DNA of 64,000 nt from an uncultured Methanosarcinales archaeon (GCA_964351975.1 CAYGPK010000003.1:24738-88737), one strand, 5' to 3'. Positions 25,899 through 35,535 are shown, numbered from the stretch's first letter. The notes: a model not told the origin generated them from the letters alone. Translations and numbers: made by a program.

Positions 25899-27104
25899 AT
25901 GAATAATTATGAGAATATTTATGAGCCTGCAGAAGATTCAAAACTTCTTTTGAAATGTGTTCGAAAATATCTTCAGTCACAAATCACCTATCACACCCCA
26001 TATCACAATCGCAATCGGTTGTGTGAGGTTGGTGTAGGCAGTGGGTTTGTTATTTCTAATATTGCAAAAGATAATCCTAAATTTAAGTATTTTGGCTCTG
26101 ATATAAATTTAGATGCTATTAATTTTACTAAATCAGAATTTGATAATTTAGGATTAAAAATTGATTTAAAAAATCAGAGTTTGTTGAGTGGGTTTATGTC
26201 TAAGTTTGATTTGATTTTATTTAATACTCCTTACTTTCCTTTTGAGAGTAAATTTGATTCTTTTGAGATTATGAATATGAAAGATAGGGCAATTTATGGA
26301 GGAAAAAAGGGATATGAGGTTATTTCAGATTTTATTTTAGAAGTTAATTCAAACCTTGATAATGATGGATGCGTCTTTATGATTTTTAGTTCTCTTACAA
26401 AACCTGCTGAAATTTATAGAATTCTAAAAGAGAACCTTTTTGAATTTGAAATTATTGAGAAAGAGAACTCATTTTTTGAGAAGATTATTTGTTTAAAGTT
26501 TTACAAAAGTTCTAATTTGAAGGAATTAAATAACTTAGGTGTTTCAAATTTGAGGTATTTATCTTCAGGTAAACATTCAGTTGTTTTAGAAGGAGTTTAT
26601 AAGAAAAAAGAAGTTGTTGTTAAAGTTGGGTTGTCTCAGCATTTAGAGAAAGAGGGAAGTTTTGAGGAAAGACTTGACAAAGAGAGTTTTGTTCCTAAAT
26701 TGTATTTGAAAGATATGACTTTTGTTGTTCGTGAAAAAGTTGATGGAATGTTAATTGTTGATTTTTTTAAGAGTGTGAAAAAGAAAGAAGATCTTGTTCA
26801 GGTTTTGAATAATATTTTAGATTCGTGTCAAAGACTTGATGAGCTTGGAATAAATAAATTTGAGATGACTAATCCTTATAAGCATATTTTTGTTCAAGAT
26901 GATTTGAGTATTAAGATGATTGATTTTGAGAGATGTTTGTTTACGCAAAAGGCTAAAAACACGACTCAAGTTTTGCAGTTTTTTAGAAGGTATATTAAAG
27001 TTTTTGAACAGAAGGGTTTAGTCTTGGATGAGAAAAAAATATTTGAAGTTTCTAAAAAGTATAAAAATAAGAATTTTAAGTTTAATATTTCGAATTTAAT
27101 GTAA
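25899..27104 (+). CDS. fusion: HemK/Mtq2-type SAM methyltransferase + Bud32/RIO-like small kinase domain
   Basis: N-terminal part has YEPAEDSKLL, EVGVGSGFV (motif I) and FNTPYFP (NPPY variant). C-terminal part has VVVKVG (Lys), KHIFVQDDLSIKMIDFERC (DFG-like) and an atypical catalytic loop. The ATG at 25899 is preferred over the TTG at 25854. Confidence 0.65.
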   Translation: MNNYENIYEPAEDSKLLLKCVRKYLQSQITYHTPYHNRNRLCEVGVGSGFVISNIAKDNPKFKYFGSDINLDAINFTKSEFDNLGLKIDLKNQSLLSGFMSKFDLILFNTPYFPFESKFDSFEIMNMKDRAIYGGKKGYEVISDFILEVNSNLDNDGCVFMIFSSLTKPAEIYRILKENLFEFEIIEKENSFFEKIICLKFYKSSNLKELNNLGVSNLRYLSSGKHSVVLEGVYKKKEVVVKVGLSQHLEKEGSFEERLDKESFVPKLYLKDMTFVVREKVDGMLIVDFFKSVKKKEDLVQVLNNILDSCQRLDELGINKFEMTNPYKHIFVQDDLSIKMIDFERCLFTQKAKNTTQVLQFFRRYIKVFEQKGLVLDEKKIFEVSKKYKNKNFKFNISNLM

Positions 27105-27136
27105 ACTTTTATAAAAGCCCAGCTTTTGTAATAAGT

Positions 27137-27403
27137 ATGAACAGAGATGAAACCTTTGAATATGATGATATTAATTTTGAAAGTCAATTACATTTAGATT
27201 TTTTTGTTAGTTTTGTGCAATATGTTGGAAAGTATGTTGAAGTTATTGAAAGTACAATTGCTAAAGAAAAAACTAGAGCATTAGAGTTTGTGAAACTTGC
27301 CCATAAACATATGGATGAAGAAGGATTACTAAAAGATAAAAAGATTAGTAAAAAAGTTGATACAATTCTAAAAGCTAATAATTTATCTGAGCATTTTGCT
27401 TAA
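27137..27403 (+). CDS. hypothetical small acidic protein
   Basis: ORF only. Confidence 0.4.
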   Translation: MNRDETFEYDDINFESQLHLDFFVSFVQYVGKYVEVIESTIAKEKTRALEFVKLAHKHMDEEGLLKDKKISKKVDTILKANNLSEHFA

Positions 27404-27417
27404 GGTTTATAATAAAA

Positions 27418-27711
27418 ATGACTCCTAATTTTGATTTCAGATTAAATGATGATGAGAATTTTGATTTTACTAATTTACAAGAAACTGATGTTTATAAATT
27501 ATTTATAAGATCTATTCAAAATTATAGAAATAAAAATTCTAAGGAAAATTTAGCTGAAATAAAGAACTATTATAATCAACTACAGGATTCAATTTTTTTA
27601 ACAGTGACTGAGGTTTCAGACAGAATTCATAATATCTTGAGAGAGGAGGGTTTATTTAATGAAGTTGTTTTAGATGGATTTGAATTAAAGGATGATGATG
27701 TTTTAATTTAA
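27418..27711 (+). CDS. hypothetical small acidic protein
   Basis: ORF only. It shares an EEGL(L/F) segment with the preceding ORF. Confidence 0.4.
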   Translation: MTPNFDFRLNDDENFDFTNLQETDVYKLFIRSIQNYRNKNSKENLAEIKNYYNQLQDSIFLTVTEVSDRIHNILREEGLFNEVVLDGFELKDDDVLI

Positions 27712-27766
27712 TTATTTTCAAAATTAAATAAGGAATATTTATAAAAAATCCTCTTTATATTTATTT

Positions 27767-30004
27767 ATGAGAAAGGTTGAGTTAATAGAAGATTTTGAAG
27801 CTAGGAGTTACCAGCAACAGATTTTTGGAAATTCTATTAATAAAAATACTTTTGTAGTACTACCAACTGGACTTGGAAAAACAGTAATTGCGCTTATGCT
27901 TTCACTTTATTATTTTAATAAAACAGGAAAGAAAGTTTTATTTCTTGCGCCAACAAAACCTCTTGTAGAACAGCAAGAGAAATCTTTTAAATCTTTTATT
28001 AAAAATTCTGAGGATTTTAATTTTCAAGTTTTAGTAGGAACACTTGGACCAAAAAAGAGAATTGATTTGTATGGAAATGCTGATTTTATTTTTTCAACAC
28101 CACAAATTATTGAGAATGATATTATCAATGAGATTATTAATATTAATGATTTTGGTTTTGTAATTTTTGATGAAGCGCACAGGGCAACAGGAAATTATGC
28201 TTATAATTTTATTGCAAATGAATTTGTTAAATTAGGGAATAAATTTTTAGCGCTTTCAGCCTCACCTGGAACTTCTAAAGAAGTTATTAATTCAGTTTTG
28301 AATAATATGAAAATTGAACATTTGGAGACTAGAACTTATTCTGATTCTGATGTTAAAGAGTATATCAATAAGACAGTTCTTGAACCTGTTGTTGTTAAGA
28401 TTTCAGATGAGTTTAAAGAGATTATAGTTTTATTAAATAAAGCGTATAATAAGCGTTTGGTTTTTTTGAAAGGTCTTGGTTATTTAGAGAAGAAACCTAT
28501 GGTTTCTAAAACTGATTTACTGCTTTTACAAAATGAACTGCGAACACAGGTTTCATCAGGTGAGGCTGATGATGTTACTTGGAAGGCAATTTCTGTTGCT
28601 GCAGCTTTAATGAAGTTAAGTTATGGAATTGAACTTTTTGAGTCGCAAGAAGTTAGTGCAGCGTATAATTATTTTTACAAGTTTTTTCGTGGTGATACAT
28701 CAAAAGCTGCTGGTGAGTTAACTGTTGATTCTGATTTTCGTGATGCGTTTGATAAGATTTCAAAGTTAAATAAAGAGGGTGTGGTTCATCCTAAATTAAT
28801 TAAGCTTAAAGAAATTGTTTTTGGTGAGATTAAAAAAGATAAGGATTTACGAATTTTAATTTTTAATCAGTATCGTGATTCTGCTATGAAGATTGTTTCA
28901 GAGTTAAATTCTGTTAAAGAAATAAAGGCAAGTGTTTTTGTTGGTCAAGCAAAGAAAGGAGAAGTTAAAATGTCTCAGAAAGAGCAGAAGAAAATTCTCT
29001 CAGATTATAGAGATGGTGAATTTAATGTTTTAGTTTCAACAAGTGTTGGTGAAGAGGGTCTTGATATTCCTAAAGTTGATTTGGTTATTTTTTATGAGCC
29101 AATTGCAAGTGCGATTCGTTCTATTCAAAGAATTGGGAGAACTGGTCGTTTTAAGAAAGGAAGAGCTTACGTTTTACAAACTGAGGGAACACGTGATGTT
29201 GTTACTAGTCATATTGCAAATGCGAAGGAGAAGAAAATGCACAGAGTACTTACTGAGATTGCGAAGGAGTTTGATGATAGGCGAGAGGAGAAAAGTAGTG
29301 GTTTGAACAAGTTTATTACAGAAACTAAAGATGATGATAAAGAAATTTCAGGTGTTGATCTTCGAATCCCTCTATATGTTGATAGTCGTGAGAATGGAAC
29401 TCTTATTAAAGAGCTTTTTAAGATTGATGAGATTAAAGTTATTTCTAAAAATTTGGATGTTGGTGATATTGTTATTGATGAAGTTATTGCAATTGAGAGA
29501 AAGTCCAAGAAAGATTTTGTTGATTCAATACTAGATAAAAGGCTTTTTCCACAATTAATTGATTTGGCAAGAAATTACAAACGTCCTCTTTTGATTGTTG
29601 AGGGGGAAGAGAATATTTTCTCTATTCGTAATGTAAATCCTAATGTTATAAGATCTTGCCTCTCAGCAATCGCTGTTGATTTACGAATGCCTATTATCTT
29701 TACAAATTCTATGGAAGAAACTGCGCAGATGATTTTAACGATTGCAAAAAGAACGAGAAGAGAGAAGAAAGATATTTCGCTTGCAACAGATAAACGAAGT
29801 TTTAGTGAGAATGAGGAACTTGAAAAAGTGGTTTCGACTATTCCAAGGGTTAACGTTGTTACGGCTAAAGGTTTACTTGAAAAGTTTGGTAGTGTTAAAG
29901 AACTTGTTAATGCGAGTGAGAAAGATTTACTTGAGTGCGTTGGAGTTGGGAAGCTTAGAGCAAAGAGTCTGAGAGAGTTCTTTGATAGGGAGTATAAACA
30001 ATGA
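27767..30004 (+). CDS. hef: Hef: SF2 helicase fused to XPF/ERCC4 nuclease and HhH2
   Basis: Motifs PTGLGKT, FDEAH and QRIGRTGR. Nuclease motif is VGDIVIDEVIAIERKSKKDF. C-terminus is HhH-like (LLECVGVGKLRAKSL). Confidence 0.95.
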   Translation: MRKVELIEDFEARSYQQQIFGNSINKNTFVVLPTGLGKTVIALMLSLYYFNKTGKKVLFLAPTKPLVEQQEKSFKSFIKNSEDFNFQVLVGTLGPKKRIDLYGNADFIFSTPQIIENDIINEIININDFGFVIFDEAHRATGNYAYNFIANEFVKLGNKFLALSASPGTSKEVINSVLNNMKIEHLETRTYSDSDVKEYINKTVLEPVVVKISDEFKEIIVLLNKAYNKRLVFLKGLGYLEKKPMVSKTDLLLLQNELRTQVSSGEADDVTWKAISVAAALMKLSYGIELFESQEVSAAYNYFYKFFRGDTSKAAGELTVDSDFRDAFDKISKLNKEGVVHPKLIKLKEIVFGEIKKDKDLRILIFNQYRDSAMKIVSELNSVKEIKASVFVGQAKKGEVKMSQKEQKKILSDYRDGEFNVLVSTSVGEEGLDIPKVDLVIFYEPIASAIRSIQRIGRTGRFKKGRAYVLQTEGTRDVVTSHIANAKEKKMHRVLTEIAKEFDDRREEKSSGLNKFITETKDDDKEISGVDLRIPLYVDSRENGTLIKELFKIDEIKVISKNLDVGDIVIDEVIAIERKSKKDFVDSILDKRLFPQLIDLARNYKRPLLIVEGEENIFSIRNVNPNVIRSCLSAIAVDLRMPIIFTNSMEETAQMILTIAKRTRREKKDISLATDKRSFSENEELEKVVSTIPRVNVVTAKGLLEKFGSVKELVNASEKDLLECVGVGKLRAKSLREFFDREYKQ

Positions 30005-30110
30005 TTGTGAAGTGTGAGTCGAAATTTGAGTTCTATTTTAGGATAAAAAATCAAACTTTGGGATAAAAATTAAGAGTTAAGTTTAAATATATTCTTTTTT
30101 TAGTGTTCTT

Positions 30111-31064
30111 ATGGAAGAAGATTATCTAAAATTTAATGAATTAAGTTTGGTTTCTTTAGGTTTTTTAGGTTTATTACATGAATTTAATTTTTCTTTTGAA
30201 ACTGATAATACTTTTAAACATTTTAATCAAGATAAAAAAATAAAATATACTGAAATCAAAGACTTTAATAAATTAGTTTCAGAAATTCAAGATTATTTTA
30301 ATTATATAGATTCTTTAGATATAGAAGTTTCAGATATCCAATTAAATAAATTAAAAGTGAATTTAAATTCTTTGTTAAATGATTTAAAATCTAATAAACA
30401 AGAAACGGTACAGATGATAGAATATTTTTTTGCTTTAAAGTTTTGGACTTTATCAAATGACATTTTTGCTTTTATCAGGTCTTCTTTAGAAACTCATAGT
30501 TTTAAAATTAAAAATCTTAAAAAACATAATGAATTATTTTTTAAAGATTTAAGATATAATTCAAATGAAATTAGTAGTATTATAAAAAGTATAAAAAAAT
30601 ATGAGAAAAGATATATTCCAAATTCTTTTATGTTTTTTCTTTCTTCTGAGGCCACATTGATAAATGGTTTGAATTTATATGATGAATTAATTCGAAAAAC
30701 TTATAACCAAGATGAAATGGTAAAGTACGAAGAAATTAAAACTTTAATTTCTTCAATATTATTTAGTTTTATTTCTACTTATGAAAAATTTATCTATTCA
30801 ATTTCATATCAATTAGGAATTAATATTGATTTTAATTCAATAAATCTCAAAGTTGCTATGGATTTTATAAAAAATAAAAATTCAGAATATTTTCAAATTA
30901 TTCAAAATTCCGATAGATATCAAACTATTCAAAGTGCTAGAAAGTTAAGAAATGCTGAAACTCATAGACTTTCTACTATTTCTTTTTCAGAAATTAATGG
31001 ATATAATTTATCTTTAATTATAGAAATTAAAACGTTATTAGACTTATATTTAAAGATTAAGTGA
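30111..31064 (+). CDS. alpha-helical protein with C-terminal HEPN-type RNxxxH motif (Abi-like)
   Basis: SARKLRNAETHRLS lies near the C-terminus (codons at 30948-30965). The rest has no recognisable domain. Confidence 0.5.
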   Translation: MEEDYLKFNELSLVSLGFLGLLHEFNFSFETDNTFKHFNQDKKIKYTEIKDFNKLVSEIQDYFNYIDSLDIEVSDIQLNKLKVNLNSLLNDLKSNKQETVQMIEYFFALKFWTLSNDIFAFIRSSLETHSFKIKNLKKHNELFFKDLRYNSNEISSIIKSIKKYEKRYIPNSFMFFLSSEATLINGLNLYDELIRKTYNQDEMVKYEEIKTLISSILFSFISTYEKFIYSISYQLGINIDFNSINLKVAMDFIKNKNSEYFQIIQNSDRYQTIQSARKLRNAETHRLSTISFSEINGYNLSLIIEIKTLLDLYLKIK

Positions 31065-31068
31065 CTTT

Positions 31069-31941
31069 TTATCCTAATTTTAATTTATTTGCAGGGTCTT
31101 TATAATGATAATTTAAGATTATTGCAGCTAAGAGTAAGAAGATTCCTCCAAGAGCTAATTGCGTTGTAAGTTGTTCATTTAAAATTATAAAAGATAAAAA
31201 TATACCAACAATTGATTTTAGAATAACTCCTAGTATTCCAATTATATCTGCTTCAATATGCTCTAATGATAAGTTATATAAGAAATAACCAATTCCTCCA
31301 CAAATAACTCCTAACCATAAAATATATCCGATATTGTTTGAGATTTCTCCTAATCCAAAAATAAATGGACTTGGAAGTAGTATGATAGTTGAGAAAAAGA
31401 AAATCCAAAAAGTTGTTTTAAGTCCTCCTTGAGTATCTTCTTTTTTCATTTTAACAATAGTAATTGCCATAATAATTCCACTTAAAAGTCCAAGAAAATT
31501 TCCAATTCCTTCTTCTGAATTAAATGTTATTGGATTTAAAATAATAAGTCCAATAAATGCTAGAATTATTGCTCCAAGTTTTTGTCTGGTTATTTTCTCT
31601 TTTAGAAAATACAAACTAAATATTAAAACAAATATAGCTTGAGAAGAGTTAATTAGAATAACAGATGATACTTTTGATAATTTAAATGCGAAAAATAAAA
31701 TAGTAAGTCCTGAAACTAATAAGAAAGATGTTATTAAATAATCAAATAATTCTTTAGAATTTACTTTAAATATTTTTTTATTAAAAAAAAATCCAATTGC
31801 TCCTAATACAATTAAACCTATAAAAAATCTTGAGAAAGTTATAACAAAAGTATTCATAGAATTTCCAATTAATTTAACAACTACTCCTGTTGTTGAAAAA
31901 AATAGAGTTGAGATTATTAAAAATAAATATCCTTTATTCAT
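31069..31941 (-). CDS. EamA/DMT family transporter
   Basis: About 10 TM segments in two similar halves, and a size of 290 aa. Confidence 0.7.
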   Translation of the reverse strand: MNKGYLFLIISTLFFSTTGVVVKLIGNSMNTFVITFSRFFIGLIVLGAIGFFFNKKIFKVNSKELFDYLITSFLLVSGLTILFFAFKLSKVSSVILINSSQAIFVLIFSLYFLKEKITRQKLGAIILAFIGLIILNPITFNSEEGIGNFLGLLSGIIMAITIVKMKKEDTQGGLKTTFWIFFFSTIILLPSPFIFGLGEISNNIGYILWLGVICGGIGYFLYNLSLEHIEADIIGILGVILKSIVGIFLSFIILNEQLTTQLALGGIFLLLAAIILNYHYKDPANKLKLG

Positions 31942-32032
31942 ATTTAAAAATTAATTTTTTCTTATTTAAAAATTTGTATTAATTATTTTTTATAAAGATT
32001 AATTTTATATATAATAACTTCTTAAATATTAT

Positions 32033-32686
32033 ATGGTAAAAGAATTAGAATTAATTAGTTTTGAGTTATGTCCTTATGTTCAAAGATCTGTTATAAATTT
32101 GCTTTACAATAAGATTGAGTTTAAAAGAACAAATATAGATTTGAAGAATAAACCAGAATGGTTTTTGAAATTATCTCCTCTTGGAAAAGTTCCAGTTTTA
32201 AAAGTAGGTGGAGAAGTACTGTTTGAGTCAGCTGTAATTAATGAATATCTAGATGAGATTAATGGTGGTTTGTTATTATCAAGAGATCCCATTGAAAAAG
32301 CAAAGCAAAGAGCTTGGATCGAATATGCTAGTGATTTAAATGGATTATCTAAAAAAGCTTGCGAGTCTAGTTCAAAAGAAATACTAGAGAACAATTTAAA
32401 ACAAATATTTGAGAAATTAAATTGGTTAGAACAAGTACACTCAGGTAAAGATTATTTTAGTGAAATGGGATTTAGTTTAGTTGATACATCTTACGCTCCC
32501 TTTTTTATGAGGTTATCATTAATTCCAAATATTGATCTAGATGAAAGGTGGAAAGAGATTCCTAATGTGTTTAAGTGGAAAGAAATCTTAATAAATTTAG
32601 ATTGTGTTAAAAATTCAGTTCCTGAAAATTTCGTAGAAATTTCTAAGAAAAGGTATAAAGAAAACGGTTCAATTATTTTTGTTTAA
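32033..32686 (+). CDS. glutathione S-transferase family protein
   Basis: N-terminal thioredoxin-like fold: ELISFELCPYVQRS...GKVPVLKVGGEVLFESAVINEYLDE. Confidence 0.6.
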   Translation: MVKELELISFELCPYVQRSVINLLYNKIEFKRTNIDLKNKPEWFLKLSPLGKVPVLKVGGEVLFESAVINEYLDEINGGLLLSRDPIEKAKQRAWIEYASDLNGLSKKACESSSKEILENNLKQIFEKLNWLEQVHSGKDYFSEMGFSLVDTSYAPFFMRLSLIPNIDLDERWKEIPNVFKWKEILINLDCVKNSVPENFVEISKKRYKENGSIIFV

Positions 32687-32728
32687 AACCAAAAATTTAA
32701 ATACCTAGAAGTTATAAAAATAAATTAG

Positions 32729-33541
32729 ATGTCAAAAAAAAGTAATTATTTAAAAAAGAGAAAAGAAATTTGTAATGTTTTCTGTAATGAACTCTCTAAA
32801 CTTTTACCAGGAGTTAATTTTTTAGTTTTAAATAAGAATTACAAAGTTGTTTTTTATTATAGGAAGGGATTTTCAATTCCTAAAAAATTCATAAGCTTTA
32901 CTCATTTTGGACTTAATAATTTTAGTGGAAAAGAATGTATTATGGGTCATAATAATACTGGAGGATTAGAATCATTTAGTAATTTAGTTGAATTTAATGG
33001 AGTTAATGATTCACTAAACTCTTTTTTAAATATGATTTCAAATTTAACTATTGATAATTTTGAGGTTTTTGATAAAACTAAAGAAAACTTAGAAGACTTT
33101 GATTATATTAATCAGTTTCATAATATTAGTTCAAGATATTATGCTGATAAAATGAACACTATAAGAATAAGATTAACTGAAATTTATGTAGAAAAAATTA
33201 AACAAGTATTGGGAAGAAAACCAATTTATAAAATAACTAAGACTTTAAGTCAGGATATTTTAGGTCCGGAGTTTACAGAAGTATTTAGAATAGATATTTT
33301 CATTTTTAATAAAGCTATAGTTGAGTTTAAACATTTCGGTGCTATTCGCTTTTCTCAGTCAGAGAGTGTTCCTCAAATTTCTTATGATAAAGATAAAGGC
33401 GATCATATAGGTGAGGTTATTCAAAATATAAAATTTGGTGATGTTTGCAATAATTCACAAATTAAAAAACTAGTTATTGAATACTTAGAAAGTTTATATG
33501 GTCTAAATAATAAAACTTTGATAAATTATAAATTACCCTAA
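32729..33541 (+). CDS. hypothetical protein
   Basis: ORF only. Confidence 0.45.
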   Translation: MSKKSNYLKKRKEICNVFCNELSKLLPGVNFLVLNKNYKVVFYYRKGFSIPKKFISFTHFGLNNFSGKECIMGHNNTGGLESFSNLVEFNGVNDSLNSFLNMISNLTIDNFEVFDKTKENLEDFDYINQFHNISSRYYADKMNTIRIRLTEIYVEKIKQVLGRKPIYKITKTLSQDILGPEFTEVFRIDIFIFNKAIVEFKHFGAIRFSQSESVPQISYDKDKGDHIGEVIQNIKFGDVCNNSQIKKLVIEYLESLYGLNNKTLINYKLP

Positions 33542-33605
33542 TGATTTTTTTTATTTTATTATCTAGAATGCTCAATCTTATAAATTATTATAATTTAGTA
33601 ATATT

Positions 33606-34586
33606 ATGTTAGTACTTGGAATTGAGGCAACAGCTCATACTTTTGGAATTGGAATTGTTGATTGTAAGAACAAAAAAGTATTGTTCAATGAGAAAAATCA
33701 ATTTAAAGATTCAGATTCAGGAATGGATTTGAGAAAATTATCTGATTTTCACGTTGCGAATTTTCAAGATGTTTTAATTAAAGCAAAAGAGTTTCTTAAA
33801 ACTAAAAATAAGTCATTTGAAGATTTAGATTTAATTTCTTTTTCACAAGGGCCAGGAATTGGAAATTCATTAAAAATTGGAGCACTTACTGCAAAAACTC
33901 TAGCACTTAAATATAAAGTACCAATTGTTGGTGTAAATCACATTAAAGCTCATTTAGAAATTGGAAAGATGTTAACCGGATTTACTGACCCTATGTTTTT
34001 ATATGTTTCAGGAGTTAACACTCAAATTATTGCTAAAGATGAAAGTGGTAAATACAAAGTTTATGGGGAAACCGAAGATATTGGTCTAGGAAATTTATTC
34101 GACACATTTGCAAGGCAAGCAGGATTAGGTTTTCCAGGTGGGCCAATTATTGAGAAGATGGCTAAAGAGTCAGATAATTATGTTGAGCTTCCTTATACTA
34201 TTAAGGGAATGAACGTTTCTCTTGCTGGAATTTCTTCAAATTTAAAACATAAATTAGAGAAAGGAGAAAAAGTAGAAGATTTATGTTATTCATTACAAGA
34301 AACTTGTTTTGCAATGGTTATGGAGATTTGTGAAAGAGCAATGGCGTACACTAAAAAGAAAGAGATGATAATTGTTGGTGGTGTTGCTTCAAATAAGAGA
34401 TTAACACAAATGGCAAAAGAGATGTGTAAATTAAGAGGGGCAAAATATGATTCTTTTCCTATGGAATATGCTATGGATAATGGAGCTATGATTGCTTGGC
34501 AAGGCTTTGTTGATAGAGATAAAGCGAAGCTTAGTATTGAAGGTTTGAAACCTCAACCTTATGTTAATGTTGAGTCTGATTTATAG
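33606..34586 (+). CDS. kae1: tRNA N6-adenosine threonylcarbamoyltransferase Kae1 (stand-alone, no Bud32 fusion)
   Basis: Motifs VLGIEATAHTFGIGIV, SQGPGIG, VGVNHIKAHLE and YVSGVNTQ. Confidence 0.92.
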   Translation: MLVLGIEATAHTFGIGIVDCKNKKVLFNEKNQFKDSDSGMDLRKLSDFHVANFQDVLIKAKEFLKTKNKSFEDLDLISFSQGPGIGNSLKIGALTAKTLALKYKVPIVGVNHIKAHLEIGKMLTGFTDPMFLYVSGVNTQIIAKDESGKYKVYGETEDIGLGNLFDTFARQAGLGFPGGPIIEKMAKESDNYVELPYTIKGMNVSLAGISSNLKHKLEKGEKVEDLCYSLQETCFAMVMEICERAMAYTKKKEMIIVGGVASNKRLTQMAKEMCKLRGAKYDSFPMEYAMDNGAMIAWQGFVDRDKAKLSIEGLKPQPYVNVESDL

Positions 34587-34871
34587 AAATTTAAATAGTA
34601 TTGCAATGATTAGTGTTCCACCAAATGCACCTCCTATCCAAATGTAGTTCCATAGGTGTTTTATTCCAAAGTGATTCACAATTAAAATCATTGTTACAAC
34701 AACAATTAGAAAGAAGATTCCAGTTAAAATAATAAAGATATTGTAAGTTGTATTTCCGTATCCTTCGTATCTATCTAATTTCTCTTGGTCTGTTTCAGAG
34801 AAAACCAAATTTGAAGTTAGTAAAACCATTAAGAATAAATAAAAGAATATACTTAGTTTTTTGAAATTCAT
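34581..34871 (-). CDS. small membrane protein
   Basis: Signal/TM segment plus two TM helices. Confidence 0.45.
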   Translation of the reverse strand: MNFKKLSIFFYLFLMVLLTSNLVFSETDQEKLDRYEGYGNTTYNIFIILTGIFFLIVVVTMILIVNHFGIKHLWNYIWIGGAFGGTLIIAILFKFL

Positions 34872-34909
34872 AATAAGAAATTAATTTAATTATTTATAAA
34901 CTTGTTTTA

Positions 34910-35218
34910 CTATTTCAAAGCATCAGCAAGTTCATCGTCTCTATTCATTTGCTCAATTATTTCACATCCACCTAATAATTCACCGTTAATATATAATTGT
35001 GGATATGTTGGCCATGAAGCAAACTCTTTGACAGATTCCCTCATTTCCATATCTTCAAGAATATTAAAAGTTTCAAATTCAACGTTTAAACTTTTTAATA
35101 AATTACAAACTCTCATAGAGAAACCGCACATTGGCATTTCTGGTGTTCCTTTCATAAATAAGAAAACTTTGTTTTCATTAATTAATTTCTCGTATTCTGA
35201 TTTAATATCTCTTGTCAT
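34910..35218 (-). CDS. monothiol glutaredoxin (CGFS type)
   Basis: FLFMKGTPEMPMCGFS and WPTYPQLYINGELLGG. Confidence 0.92.
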   Translation of the reverse strand: MTRDIKSEYEKLINENKVFLFMKGTPEMPMCGFSMRVCNLLKSLNVEFETFNILEDMEMRESVKEFASWPTYPQLYINGELLGGCEIIEQMNRDDELADALK

Positions 35219-35259
35219 AGTATTGTTAAGAAGTGTTTATTTAAAAAATAATGTATATT

Positions 35260-35535
35260 TTATTCATAACTAGTTTTTATTGATAATGAATGGATTCCAG
35301 CTTTCATTTCTTCGTCTAGAATTTTATAGATTGTTCTTTGTTGTTCTATTAATTTCATATCTTTAAACCCAGTATATACAACTTTAACTAAAAAGTGCAT
35401 ATTATCTTCTCTTGGGTTTCTAACACTTACTACTGCGCCTTTTAATTCTTTTTCAATTTTTTCTTTCATTACATTACAGTCAAACATAGATATAGGTGTA
35501 ACTAAATATTTATAAATCTTAAACATACTTTTCAT
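35260..35535 (-). CDS. BolA family protein
   Basis: HFLVKVVYTGFKDMKLIEQQRTIYKILDEEMKAGIHSLSIKT. Adjacent to the Grx gene, which is the usual pairing. Confidence 0.8.
   Translation of the reverse strand: MKSMFKIYKYLVTPISMFDCNVMKEKIEKELKGAVVSVRNPREDNMHFLVKVVYTGFKDMKLIEQQRTIYKILDEEMKAGIHSLSIKTSYE

Noticed and set aside
29043-30054. Several 67-159-aa ORFs on both strands inside hef
   Set aside because: All are nested in or antisense to the clearly conserved Hef reading frame. Their Leu/Ser/Lys-rich products are typical of AT-rich out-of-frame translation.
34902-35273. 123-aa plus-strand ORF
   Set aside because: It is the antisense shadow of the CGFS glutaredoxin gene (34910-35218, minus strand), which has unmistakable motifs. 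The plus-strand product is low-complexity.
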